NCBI GenBank assembly: GCA_031277095.1
Contig: JAISLU010000023.1
Location: forward strand, 5 to 64,004
DNA length: 64,000 bases
DNA from: Synergistaceae bacterium
Lineage (GTDB): Bacteria > Synergistota > Synergistia > Synergistales > Aminobacteriaceae
Direction: 5' to 3'
In this document: piece by piece, positions 1 through 7,687 of the stretch
Layout: each line of letters opens with the position of its first letter
Numbering within the stretch: position 1 is the stretch's first letter
Notes under the pieces: model-generated
What the model was told of the DNA's origin: nothing
Seen by the model: the letters and a program-made list of their open reading frames with translations, nothing else
Database searches by the model: none
Translations under genes and position numbers: made by a program

Positions 1-114
1 TCTCCACTCCGCCAAAGCCCAGTTGTAGGCGAATCTTGCGACACCGCAGGCCTTGGAAAGGTAGGTGGCCTCTACATTGTTGGGGTACATCCGTATCCGA
101 TGAGCCAAAATCAC
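1..114 (-). CDS. tnpB: TnpB/OrfB-family protein (IS200/IS605-type), N-terminal 38 codons only; the gene continues beyond the left edge
   Basis: Minus-strand reading from GTG (112-114) gives VILAHRIRMYPNNVEATYLSKACGVARFAYNWALAEWR. This matches the conserved TnpB N-terminus (R-x-YPN ... G-x-ARF-x-YN). GGAGG lies 10 nt upstream of the GTG. Confidence 0.6.
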   Translation of the reverse strand, partial: MILAHRIRMYPNNVEATYLSKACGVARFAYNWALAEWR

Positions 115-133
115 GGCCCCAGCACCTCCCGTG

Positions 134-492
134 CCATGTTACACAACCCTATTCTGTTACATCACGAAGCTCCTAAAACCGCCCCCCATCTAGGTTTATA
201 TTTCAGAAATTTTAGGTACAGATTACGTTGTTTACTATAGATCTCTAACCACACCTATACTGCGTGAATTATAGCACATACTACTCTGATTCAATTTTTT
301 TTGCAACATCTTTATGCAGATCGTTTTCAAAAAAATAACTTCTCTTCATCAGCAACCTTATCCCAAAATTTCCCCCTTAATCCCTTTAGTGCAACATTTA
401 ATCCTTCAATGTATTTAAGTTTATTTTGCATCAAAAAAGATAAAATCATTCAAAAAATTGAAAATGTAACAGAATAGGGTTGTGTTACATGG
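134..492. repeat. AT-rich ~300-bp segment closed by 29-bp inverted repeats (134-162 and 464-492); MITE/PATE-like or inverton-like
   Basis: Left arm CCATGTTACACAACCCTATTCTGTTACAT. The right arm ATGTAACAGAATAGGGTTGTGTTACATGG is its reverse complement with 1 mismatch. The right arm also self-folds (ATGTAACA-11 nt-TGTTACAT). The interior is far more AT-rich than the flanks. Confidence 0.75.
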
Positions 493-598
493 TCCTTAAA
501 TCAGTATTCATACATGTTTATAAATTTCACCTCTGTCGAACAATTCAGTGAAATCTTTTCAAATGTTTTATATTCAGGTTATTTTGAAGAAATGTCGG

Positions 599-1582
599 TT
601 ATGTCGAGTATCCGGAGGGGTGGGTTTTATGCCATTCCCAAGCGGATCGTATGATGTCCTCCAGTTCGGGGTAACGGGGTGTCCAGCCCAAAATTTTGCG
701 GGCTTTTTCCGAGCTGGCGATAAGTATTGCCGGGTCTCCCTCCCGGCGCGGCTCCACTCGAAAGGGGATGGCGGCGGCTGTCACTTTTTCCGCGGCGGTG
801 ACGATCTCGCGGACGGAGAATCCTTTGCCGTTTCCCAGGTTGATTTTCTGACTGGCGCCCCCTTCCCTCAGATAAGCCAGGGCCTTGACGTGGGCGTCCG
901 CCAGGTCGGCAACGTGGATATAATCTCTTACGCAGGTTCCGTCGGGCGTGGGGTAATCGTCGCCGTAAACGGCCAGGCGCGCGCGTTTCCCCAGAGGGAC
1001 CTGAAGGGCGAGGGGTATCAGATGGCTCTCGGGGCGGTGGGCCTCGCCCTTGGCGGCGGTGGCTCCCGAGGCGTTGAAGTAACGCAAGGCCACGTGGGAC
1101 ATTCCATAGGCCGCGTCCACCCAGTCCAGAACCTGCTCCGCAAAATATTTGGACAGGCCGTAGGGGTTGAGGGGTTTTTGGGGATGGTCCTCGTCGATGG
1201 GCACGTACTCCGGTTCCCCGTACACGGCTGCCGTGGAGGAAAAAACCACGTTTTCCACGCCGCAGGATTGGAGGACGGAAAGCATCTTCACCATTTTCCC
1301 CAGGTTGTTATCGAAATACCTCAGGGGCGTCTGCACGGACTCCGAAACGGAGATGAAACTGGCGAAATGGACCAGTTGTTTTATCCCGTGACGTTTCACG
1401 ATGCCTGCAAGGGTTTCTCCGTCTTCCGTGTCGCTTTCGTAAAACGGAACGCGGGGATCCACCGCCTCCCGGTGCCCGTTGCTGAGGTCGTCCAAAACCG
1501 CCACACTCTCCCCCGCCGCAAGCAGGGCGTCCACCGTCACGCTGCCGATATACCCCGCGCCGCCCGTTACCAAAACGCTCAT
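599..1582 (-). CDS. galE: UDP-glucose 4-epimerase
   Basis: Starts MSVLVTGGAGYIGS (Rossmann motif) and has the YGLSKYF catalytic YxxxK. Full-length GalE-like sequence. Start placed at ATG 1580-1582 inside ORF 599..1732. Confidence 0.9.
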   Translation of the reverse strand: MSVLVTGGAGYIGSVTVDALLAAGESVAVLDDLSNGHREAVDPRVPFYESDTEDGETLAGIVKRHGIKQLVHFASFISVSESVQTPLRYFDNNLGKMVKMLSVLQSCGVENVVFSSTAAVYGEPEYVPIDEDHPQKPLNPYGLSKYFAEQVLDWVDAAYGMSHVALRYFNASGATAAKGEAHRPESHLIPLALQVPLGKRARLAVYGDDYPTPDGTCVRDYIHVADLADAHVKALAYLREGGASQKINLGNGKGFSVREIVTAAEKVTAAAIPFRVEPRREGDPAILIASSEKARKILGWTPRYPELEDIIRSAWEWHKTHPSGYST

Positions 1583-1664
1583 GCCGAACCCCCGTTTCTC
1601 ACGTGTGTCGATGAATGTTTCCCGAAATTTGCCTTTAAAATTAACTTTTATAATTTCCGGCGGC

Positions 1665-2537
1665 TTACGCCAGGCGCGCGTGGGTGACGTCGGCGACGTG
1701 AAAACGCCGGATTCCCGAGGGCGTCTCCACAATCAGCTCTCCGCCGTCGCCGATATCCGAGCAAGTCCCTATCAGGGTTTCGGTACCCGTTTCCACTTTG
1801 ACGGCCCGGCCGATGGACGCGCATTTTTTGCGGTAGGCCGCCAGCATGGACGCCGTGCCCTCCCGCTCCATAGCTTCCACCCAGCCGAAAAAAATTTCGA
1901 CCACCCGGCACAGAAGCGCCCTCTCTGCCCCATTATGAATTTCTATCGGGTCGCTCGCCTGGCTCAGCCATCCGCTGCTTTCCGCTATCTCCGGGGGCAG
2001 GCAAGGGGGTTTGCGCACATTGATGCCGATGCCCGTGACGCAGTAGTCCAGGGCCCCGTTCCGGGTGGCCGACTCCGAAAGAATCCCGCAGACCTTGCGT
2101 TCTTTCCTTTGTTCTTTTACTGCGTCGGCGGCGAGCAGAAGATCGTTGGGCCACTTGAGCTCCAGGCCGAGACCCAACAGAGACTCTACGGCCTCGGCCA
2201 CCGACAGAGCGGCCGCCACGTTGACCAGGTACGCTGCGGCGGGGGGCAGGGCGGGGCGAAAGAGTATGGAGAAATAAAGGCCGCTCCCTTTGGGGCTCTC
2301 CCATCGACGGGCGATTCGCCCGCGTCCCTTCGTCTGCTCCTCCGCCACGACCACGGCCTTGGACACGCCCTCCCGGGCCAGCTCCTGAGCGCGCAGTTGG
2401 GTGGAGGGAATGGACTCGTGGTATTCAACTGTCCCGCCGCCGATAAGGTTCCTCAATGTCCGATCCCACGTTCGGTTCCATTTTCCCGAAAGGTACGTGC
2501 TTTCGTCGCTCAAAATTGGTCCGCTCCCGATCTCCAC
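1665..2537 (-). CDS. birA: Biotin--[acetyl-CoA-carboxylase] ligase
   Basis: Contains QTKGRGRIARRWESPKGSGLYFS (GRGRxGRxW biotin-protein ligase motif) and KWPNDLL. GTG start at 2535-2537. Confidence 0.85.
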   Translation of the reverse strand: MEIGSGPILSDESTYLSGKWNRTWDRTLRNLIGGGTVEYHESIPSTQLRAQELAREGVSKAVVVAEEQTKGRGRIARRWESPKGSGLYFSILFRPALPPAAAYLVNVAAALSVAEAVESLLGLGLELKWPNDLLLAADAVKEQRKERKVCGILSESATRNGALDYCVTGIGINVRKPPCLPPEIAESSGWLSQASDPIEIHNGAERALLCRVVEIFFGWVEAMEREGTASMLAAYRKKCASIGRAVKVETGTETLIGTCSDIGDGGELIVETPSGIRRFHVADVTHARLA

Positions 2538-2576
2538 GATTCGTTCATATTACGTTATTATATACGTGTGCTGCGT

Positions 2577-2636
2577 TATTGAAGATGAGTGTGTATTGAA
2601 GATGAGTGTGTTGAGTGCGTATTGAAGACAAGTATA
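2577..2636. repeat. Tandem array, 17-nt unit TATTGAAGATGAGTGTG x2 plus degenerate copies, in the birA/prfB divergent spacer
   Basis: Read directly: 2577-2593 and 2594-2610 are identical, followed by partial copies up to 2636. Confidence 0.9.
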
Positions 2637-2652
2637 TGATGAATATATTAAG

Positions 2653-2682
2653 CGCGTTTGACTTCTTCGCGTTTGACTTTTA
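2653..2682. repeat. Tandem array 15 nt x2 (CGCGTTTGACTTCTT / CGCGTTTGACTTTTA) just upstream of prfB
   Basis: Read directly. Each unit carries a TTGACT hexamer. Confidence 0.85.
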
Positions 2683-2699
2683 TGGGGGGATGTTGATAG

Positions 2700-3798
2700 A
2701 TGATGCAAGCTAACGTTTCCGTATTGGAAGAACTGCGGTCCCTGAAACAGGAACTGCAGGACAGTCTTTGACCTTCCTACTTTGAGAGCGCGGGTGTCGG
2801 ACCTGGAGGCCGTGGCTACGGAGCCCGATTTTTGGTCCCGTGAGGGCAATCAGGAAATATTGAGGGAAATGTCCGGCATCTCGGGGCGCATCGAAGAATG
2901 GGACCGGGTCTGCCGGGAAACCGACGAGCTGGAGACCCTGGACGCGCTGCTGCGCGAAGAGGAAGACGCGGAACTGCAGAGGGAGTTCGAGACCCGGGCG
3001 CGGGAGCTGCGGCATATGCTGGACCGCCATCAGCTCCTGATCCTGCTGAACGAGGAGTACGACCGGTCCAACGCCATTCTCATGGTCCACGCCGGCTCGG
3101 GAGGGCTGGATTCTCAGGATTGGGCCGAGATGCTTTTGCGTATGTACCTGCGCTGGGCCGAGCGGGACGGTTTCAAAGCGACGGTGCTGGATGCATCGTC
3201 CGACGAGGAGGCCGGTATCAAGAGCGCCACCGTCCTCGTAGAGGGAGAGTACGCCTACGGGTATTTGAAGGCGGAAAAGGGAGTACACCGCCTGGTCCGG
3301 ATTTCCCCCTTCGACGCGGCCCACCGGCGCCACACCAGCTTCGCCTCGGTGGGGGTGTCTCCCGAGCTGGCCGACGACGTGGAGGTCGAGGTGCGCCCCG
3401 AGGATCTGCGGGTCGACACCTTCCGAGCCAGCGGCGCGGGGGGCCAGTACGTCAACCGCACGGACTCGGCGGTGCGCATCACCCACATCCCCACGGGGAT
3501 CGTGGTGAGCTGCCAGAACGAGCGCTCCCAGCACATGAACCGCCAGGTGGCCATGCACGTTCTGAGGAGCAGGCTCTACGAACGGGCGATACAGGAGCGG
3601 AGCGACGAGCTGGCGGCCGTGGTCGGAGACAAGAAAGAAAGCACGTGGGGCAGCCAGATCCGCTCCTACGTGCTGCATCCCTATACCCTCACGAAAGACC
3701 ACCGCACGGGAACGGAAAAAGGAAACGTCCAGGCCGTGCTGGACGGCGATATCGACGAGTTCATCATGGCCTATCTGCGCTGGAAAAAAAATGGTTGA
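2700..3798 (+). CDS. prfB: Peptide chain release factor 2, expressed through a programmed +1 frameshift
   Basis: Frame 1 (2700-2771) reads MMQANVSVLEELRSLKQELQDSL then TGA. The +1 frame continues DLPTLRARVSDLEAV... into ORF 2782..3798, which has the SPF and GGQ motifs (RISPFDAAHRRHTSFA, SGAGGQYVN). Confidence 0.9.
2766..2772 (+). promoter_or_regulatory. RF2 autoregulatory +1 frameshift site CTT TGA C
   Basis: The heptamer CTTTGAC sits at the junction of the two prfB reading frames, with a weak AGGA 5 nt upstream. Confidence 0.85.
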
Positions 3799-5746
3799 AC
3801 CCGGAGGGATATCTTTTCGATGGATACGGGTTTTAATATGGATACGGGTTTTAATGGGAATTTTCCTGCTTTCCTGCGCCGCCCCTTTCCCGGCGGAGCC
3901 CTCCGGCTTGCCGGAGCCCGCGGGCTCGACGGAGCCCGCCGTTTTCGTGCCGGAGCAGCCCACCCTCTCCACGAGAAGACTGCGGGCGGGAATGACGGGG
4001 TATATGCTCACGGTGCTGAAGGGAACGAAGCCGACGCGCCTGCCCGTCGAAATCGTGAGCGTCGTTCCCCAGAAGGGATCGGTCAAAAACTCCGTCATGA
4101 TCCGCATACTGCCCTCGGGGAAAAATACAATCGCTTTGGCTCAAGGGATGAGCGGGTCTCCTGTTTATGTGGAAGGAAGGCTGGTCGGCGCCGTGAGCGT
4201 AGGTTGGAATTTCAGTGATCACAGGACGGCGCTGGTCACTCCCATAGAAGATATGTACGAGGTTTTTTCCCGGCCGGACAAGGTGATCGGCGTCAAAAAC
4301 ATAGATCTAAAGCCTACGGAGAGCGCGGATAAAAGCTCCAGCCACGCCCGATCTCTGGCCTTGCCCCTGATGGTGGGGGGGGTGAGCGACCGCGCCCTGG
4401 CCGGGCTGAAAACGGCCCTGAACCTCCCCGCCGAGACGGTTGCCGTCGAGACGGTTGCCCAGGGAACCTCGGGGGAGCTGCCCCTGAGCGACGTCCGATT
4501 TTTCCCGGGAGAGGCCGCCGCGGTTCTTCTGGCGTGGGGGGACGTGGAAATGGCCGCGGTGGGCACGGTGACCGCAACCTCCAAAGACGGGCGGTTTCTG
4601 GCTTTCGGCCATCCTTTTTTGGAGCGTGGGGCGGTGAACTTTCCCGCGGCCCATGCCCGGGTACACGAAACCGTGTTCAGCCAGGTGTTCCCTTTCAAAA
4701 TCGCGTCTCCGACGGCTCTGGCGGGCACGGTGACCCAAGATCGCTCCGCCGGCGTGGGAGGGCGCATGGGGTACTTCACCCCCACCATCGCGGCGACCTT
4801 CGCTTTCAGGGACATGAATCTTTCCGGCAACGCACGGGTGGTCAAGAACTTCCGCGTCGTCCCGGACGCGTTTTTGGGGGCGAAGCTGCTCACCGGCATT
4901 TACGAAGGGCTCCTGGACGATCAGTGGGGCCGTAAAGGACAGGGCACCGCGACGGTGACCCTGCGGGTGGAGGGGCGCGGCCTGACCAAAGGCTGGACCC
5001 GGACGAACACCTTTTTTTCGGATGCCGACCTGGGGAGCCTGGCCGTAAAGGAGTCCGCTTTGATCATGGAAATGCTGCTGCTCCAGCCCTTCAAGGAAAT
5101 TTTCCCCATAGGTTTCAGGCTCGACGTCTCCGTGACCCAGGAGCCCCAAATTTTGTACATCGAAGATGTGGTGGTCTCGTCGGACGCGGCGCCGGGCGAC
5201 ACCTTGCCCGTGGAGGTGACTTTGCGCCCCTGGCGCCGGAACCCCGTGAAAAAGCGTTTCCAGGTGGTCGTCCCGAAAGACGCCACGGGAAGCTGCGAGC
5301 TGATCGTGCGCGGGGGAGGGACGAACTCCCTTTCTCAACTGGCGGTGGAGGGCGGCTGGAAATCCATCGACAGTTTCGACCGCATGTTGAAGGAAATAGA
5401 CGCGGCAGACGCCAACAACCAGTTGATCATCGAACTGCTTCACGATCAAACGGGCAAAACGGACGAGAAAACGGACAAAGACGGCAAAAAATCCACCGCG
5501 GAACTCCTGCCCGAGGAAAAAGAATTTCTCAGCGAGACGAAAGCAAGGCGCATCGAAGAGGGAACCCTGCGGATCTCCCGGTCGGACTACGTGGTGGAGG
5601 GCTTGATGAAGCGCCTGATCGATCTAAACGCGAAGCCCGAGGCAAAGTCCCAAGAAAAATCCAAGGAAAAATCCAAGGAGAAGCCCAAGGGGAAGTCCTC
5701 AGAAAAGTCCAACGAAAAGCCCAAAGGAAAGGGCGGCGGCAAATGA
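3791..5746 (+). CDS. Secreted S55 (SpoIVB-like) serine peptidase domain protein with a Lys/Ser/Glu-rich tail
   Basis: GMSGSPVYVEGRLVGAVSVGW protease motif, a hydrophobic N-terminus with an LLSC lipobox-like site, and a C-terminal KSKEKSKEKPKGK repeat. An alternative start is at 3854. Confidence 0.6.
   Translation: MVEPGGISFRWIRVLIWIRVLMGIFLLSCAAPFPAEPSGLPEPAGSTEPAVFVPEQPTLSTRRLRAGMTGYMLTVLKGTKPTRLPVEIVSVVPQKGSVKNSVMIRILPSGKNTIALAQGMSGSPVYVEGRLVGAVSVGWNFSDHRTALVTPIEDMYEVFSRPDKVIGVKNIDLKPTESADKSSSHARSLALPLMVGGVSDRALAGLKTALNLPAETVAVETVAQGTSGELPLSDVRFFPGEAAAVLLAWGDVEMAAVGTVTATSKDGRFLAFGHPFLERGAVNFPAAHARVHETVFSQVFPFKIASPTALAGTVTQDRSAGVGGRMGYFTPTIAATFAFRDMNLSGNARVVKNFRVVPDAFLGAKLLTGIYEGLLDDQWGRKGQGTATVTLRVEGRGLTKGWTRTNTFFSDADLGSLAVKESALIMEMLLLQPFKEIFPIGFRLDVSVTQEPQILYIEDVVVSSDAAPGDTLPVEVTLRPWRRNPVKKRFQVVVPKDATGSCELIVRGGGTNSLSQLAVEGGWKSIDSFDRMLKEIDAADANNQLIIELLHDQTGKTDEKTDKDGKKSTAELLPEEKEFLSETKARRIEEGTLRISRSDYVVEGLMKRLIDLNAKPEAKSQEKSKEKSKEKPKGKSSEKSNEKPKGKGGGK
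3821..3856 (+). repeat. Tandem duplication 18 nt x2 (TGGATACGGGTTTTAATA/G) inside the signal-peptide region
   Basis: Read directly. It encodes WIRVLI/WIRVLM. Confidence 0.9.
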
Positions 5747-6465
5747 CGACGCCGGATAGAGACTTGGATGGAGGCTTGGACAGAGACTTGGATAGAGGCT
5801 TGGATAGGGGCTTGGATAGGGGCTTGTTCATCACCGTGGAGGGCATCGACGGCTGCGGCAAAACCACTCAGGCCCGGAGACTCTGCGCCTGGCTGGAGGA
5901 CACATTGGGGAGCGGCAGGGCTCTTCGCACCTTCGAGCCCGGCGGCTGGGGCGGAGGAGCCCTTCTGCGGCGGCTTCTGCTGGACGGAACGGTCTTGACG
6001 TCCCGGACGGAATTGCTTCTTTTCCTGGCGGACCGCAGCGGGCACCTGGACGCCGAAGTGCTTCCGGCCCTGAATAGGGGGCAGTGGGTCGTGTGCGAAC
6101 GCTACACGGACTCGACCTTGGCCTATCAGTCCTGGGGGCGGGGCATCGCCCTGGAGGAAATAGAAGGTCTCTCGAACTGGTGCCGTTTTCCGGCCCCCGA
6201 CGTGACGGTTCTTTTGGACGTGGACGAAAAAACCGCCCGGTCCCGCCTGGGGGCGCGGGGAAAACTGGACCGTATGGAGTCGGGGTTCGAGACGGATTTC
6301 ATGGCACGGGTGGCTCTGGGCTACAGAGAGCTGGCGCGGCGATATCCCGGCAGGATCGTCGTCGTCGACGGGGCGGCGGACGAGGACCGCGTGGCGGCAC
6401 AGGTGACGGAGCGGGTGACGGAGCGGGTCAGGCAGCGGAGGCGCCTGGAGGGAGAGCGGACGTGA
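5743..6465 (+). CDS. tmk: Thymidylate kinase
   Basis: FITVEGIDGCGKTTQ P-loop and a DRSG/TDSTLAYQ core. The ATG overlaps the upstream stop (ATGA). The N-terminus carries a DRDL/DRGL repeat. Confidence 0.9.
   Translation: MTTPDRDLDGGLDRDLDRGLDRGLDRGLFITVEGIDGCGKTTQARRLCAWLEDTLGSGRALRTFEPGGWGGGALLRRLLLDGTVLTSRTELLLFLADRSGHLDAEVLPALNRGQWVVCERYTDSTLAYQSWGRGIALEEIEGLSNWCRFPAPDVTVLLDVDEKTARSRLGARGKLDRMESGFETDFMARVALGYRELARRYPGRIVVVDGAADEDRVAAQVTERVTERVRQRRRLEGERT
5755..5826 (+). repeat. Tandem array 12 nt x6 (GACTTGGATAGA / GGCTTGGATAGG) in the first 28 codons of tmk
   Basis: Read directly. It encodes DRDLDGGLDRDLDRGLDRGLDRGL. Confidence 0.9.
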
Positions 6466-6914
6466 GAATCAAGCGAGGCGCCGAAAGCAAGGCCGAAAGC
6501 AAAGTGGAAGGAAGGGGCGACGGGGGCGCCCGCCAGGGTTCCTCGCCTCAGGCCCTGACTGCCCGGCCGCCTTTTGCCGCCTCCATGGAAAGCGCCTTGG
6601 AGGAGCTGGAAGTCCGGGAGCTTTTGGAGCGCCTGGGCTACGTGACGGCGAAACTCTCCCATTTCCCGGCCGAGCGGCTGCTTCTCGAGTACAAAGTCAT
6701 TTTGAGGGAGCTTCTGGCGCGGGCCATGAAGGGGTTTACCCTGCGGCGGGACCTGAAGTGGCGGCGCACCGACCGCAGCACATACGTTATGATAGAAAAA
6801 GCGGAGTCCGCCCTGAAAGAGCTGGAGGACGTCTTTCGTCAGGAAAGTGGACGAACGCGGACCCTGCAGTTGATGGAGGAAATAAAAGGTTGTCTGATCT
6901 CGCTTCTGTTCTGA
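6462..6914 (+). CDS. DUF327 (YaaR-like) family protein
   Basis: The C-terminal two thirds (MESALEELEVRELLERLG...LMEEIKGCLISLLF) and the position between tmk and holB match the tmk-yaaR-holB-yaaT arrangement. GTG start overlaps the tmk stop (GTGA). An AESK x2 repeat lies at 6480-6503. Confidence 0.5.
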   Translation: MRIKRGAESKAESKVEGRGDGGARQGSSPQALTARPPFAASMESALEELEVRELLERLGYVTAKLSHFPAERLLLEYKVILRELLARAMKGFTLRRDLKWRRTDRSTYVMIEKAESALKELEDVFRQESGRTRTLQLMEEIKGCLISLLF

Positions 6915-7687
6915 ATCGCCCCAATCCGCCTTTTGCGGAGCTTCCCTCGTGGCGGGATGTCCTCGGGACTTTCGCTAAGGGTTCCGTTCCCCATTCCTGG
7001 GCCCTGGCCGCGCCGGTCGAGTGGCATGCCTCTCTCCGGGACGAGATGGCGCGGCTGTATCTCTGCGACCAGGGGATGGGGGGCGACGACTGCGAGGGCT
7101 GCCGGGGCTGGCGCCGAAGCGCCCAGGGCTCTCTCACTCATCCCGATTTGACGGTGGTGGGGGAAATCGACAAGGCGGGGAATGTCGAGGCGTGCCGCGC
7201 CCTGATCAAGGAGCTTTTTCTGAAACCCGTGGCGGCGAAGCGCCGGTTGGGGGTTCTGTTGGCGGCGGACAAACTGTTGGTCCACGCGGCGAACAGCCTC
7301 TTGAAAGTAGCGGAAGAACCTCCCCTGCACGCTTGCCTCCTGTTTTTGCTGGAGGGGGACAATTTGCTGCCTACCCTCCGAAGCCGTTCGCGCTTTACGA
7401 CTTTGACGGCGCCGTTGTCTTCCGCGCCCTGCCCCATGCCTCGGGGAGAAACCGAATGGCTGCAGTGGCTGCAAAATTTCAAAGACGGCGACGATATTCC
7501 CGGGCTTTTGTCCTCGTGGACGGAGGATTTTCTGCAGGCGGGCGACCTGGAGTCTGCCGCTCGGACGGAGAGACTGCGCCTGCTGGTTCTGCAAAAAAAA
7601 CTTTCTCAAACGATGACCTGCGATCTTTTAATTTTGACGCTCAAGGAGGAACTTCCTTTTGAACATATATTTGGCGGTTTTCGGTAA
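6890..7687 (+). CDS. holB: DNA polymerase III delta-prime subunit
   Basis: Cys-rich module CDQGMGGDDCEGCRGW, LLKVAEEPP and TLRSRS (SRC-type) motifs. Start is uncertain (TTG 6890, preceded by GGAGGAAATAAAAGG). Confidence 0.65.
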   Translation: MSDLASVLNRPNPPFAELPSWRDVLGTFAKGSVPHSWALAAPVEWHASLRDEMARLYLCDQGMGGDDCEGCRGWRRSAQGSLTHPDLTVVGEIDKAGNVEACRALIKELFLKPVAAKRRLGVLLAADKLLVHAANSLLKVAEEPPLHACLLFLLEGDNLLPTLRSRSRFTTLTAPLSSAPCPMPRGETEWLQWLQNFKDGDDIPGLLSSWTEDFLQAGDLESAARTERLRLLVLQKKLSQTMTCDLLILTLKEELPFEHIFGGFR

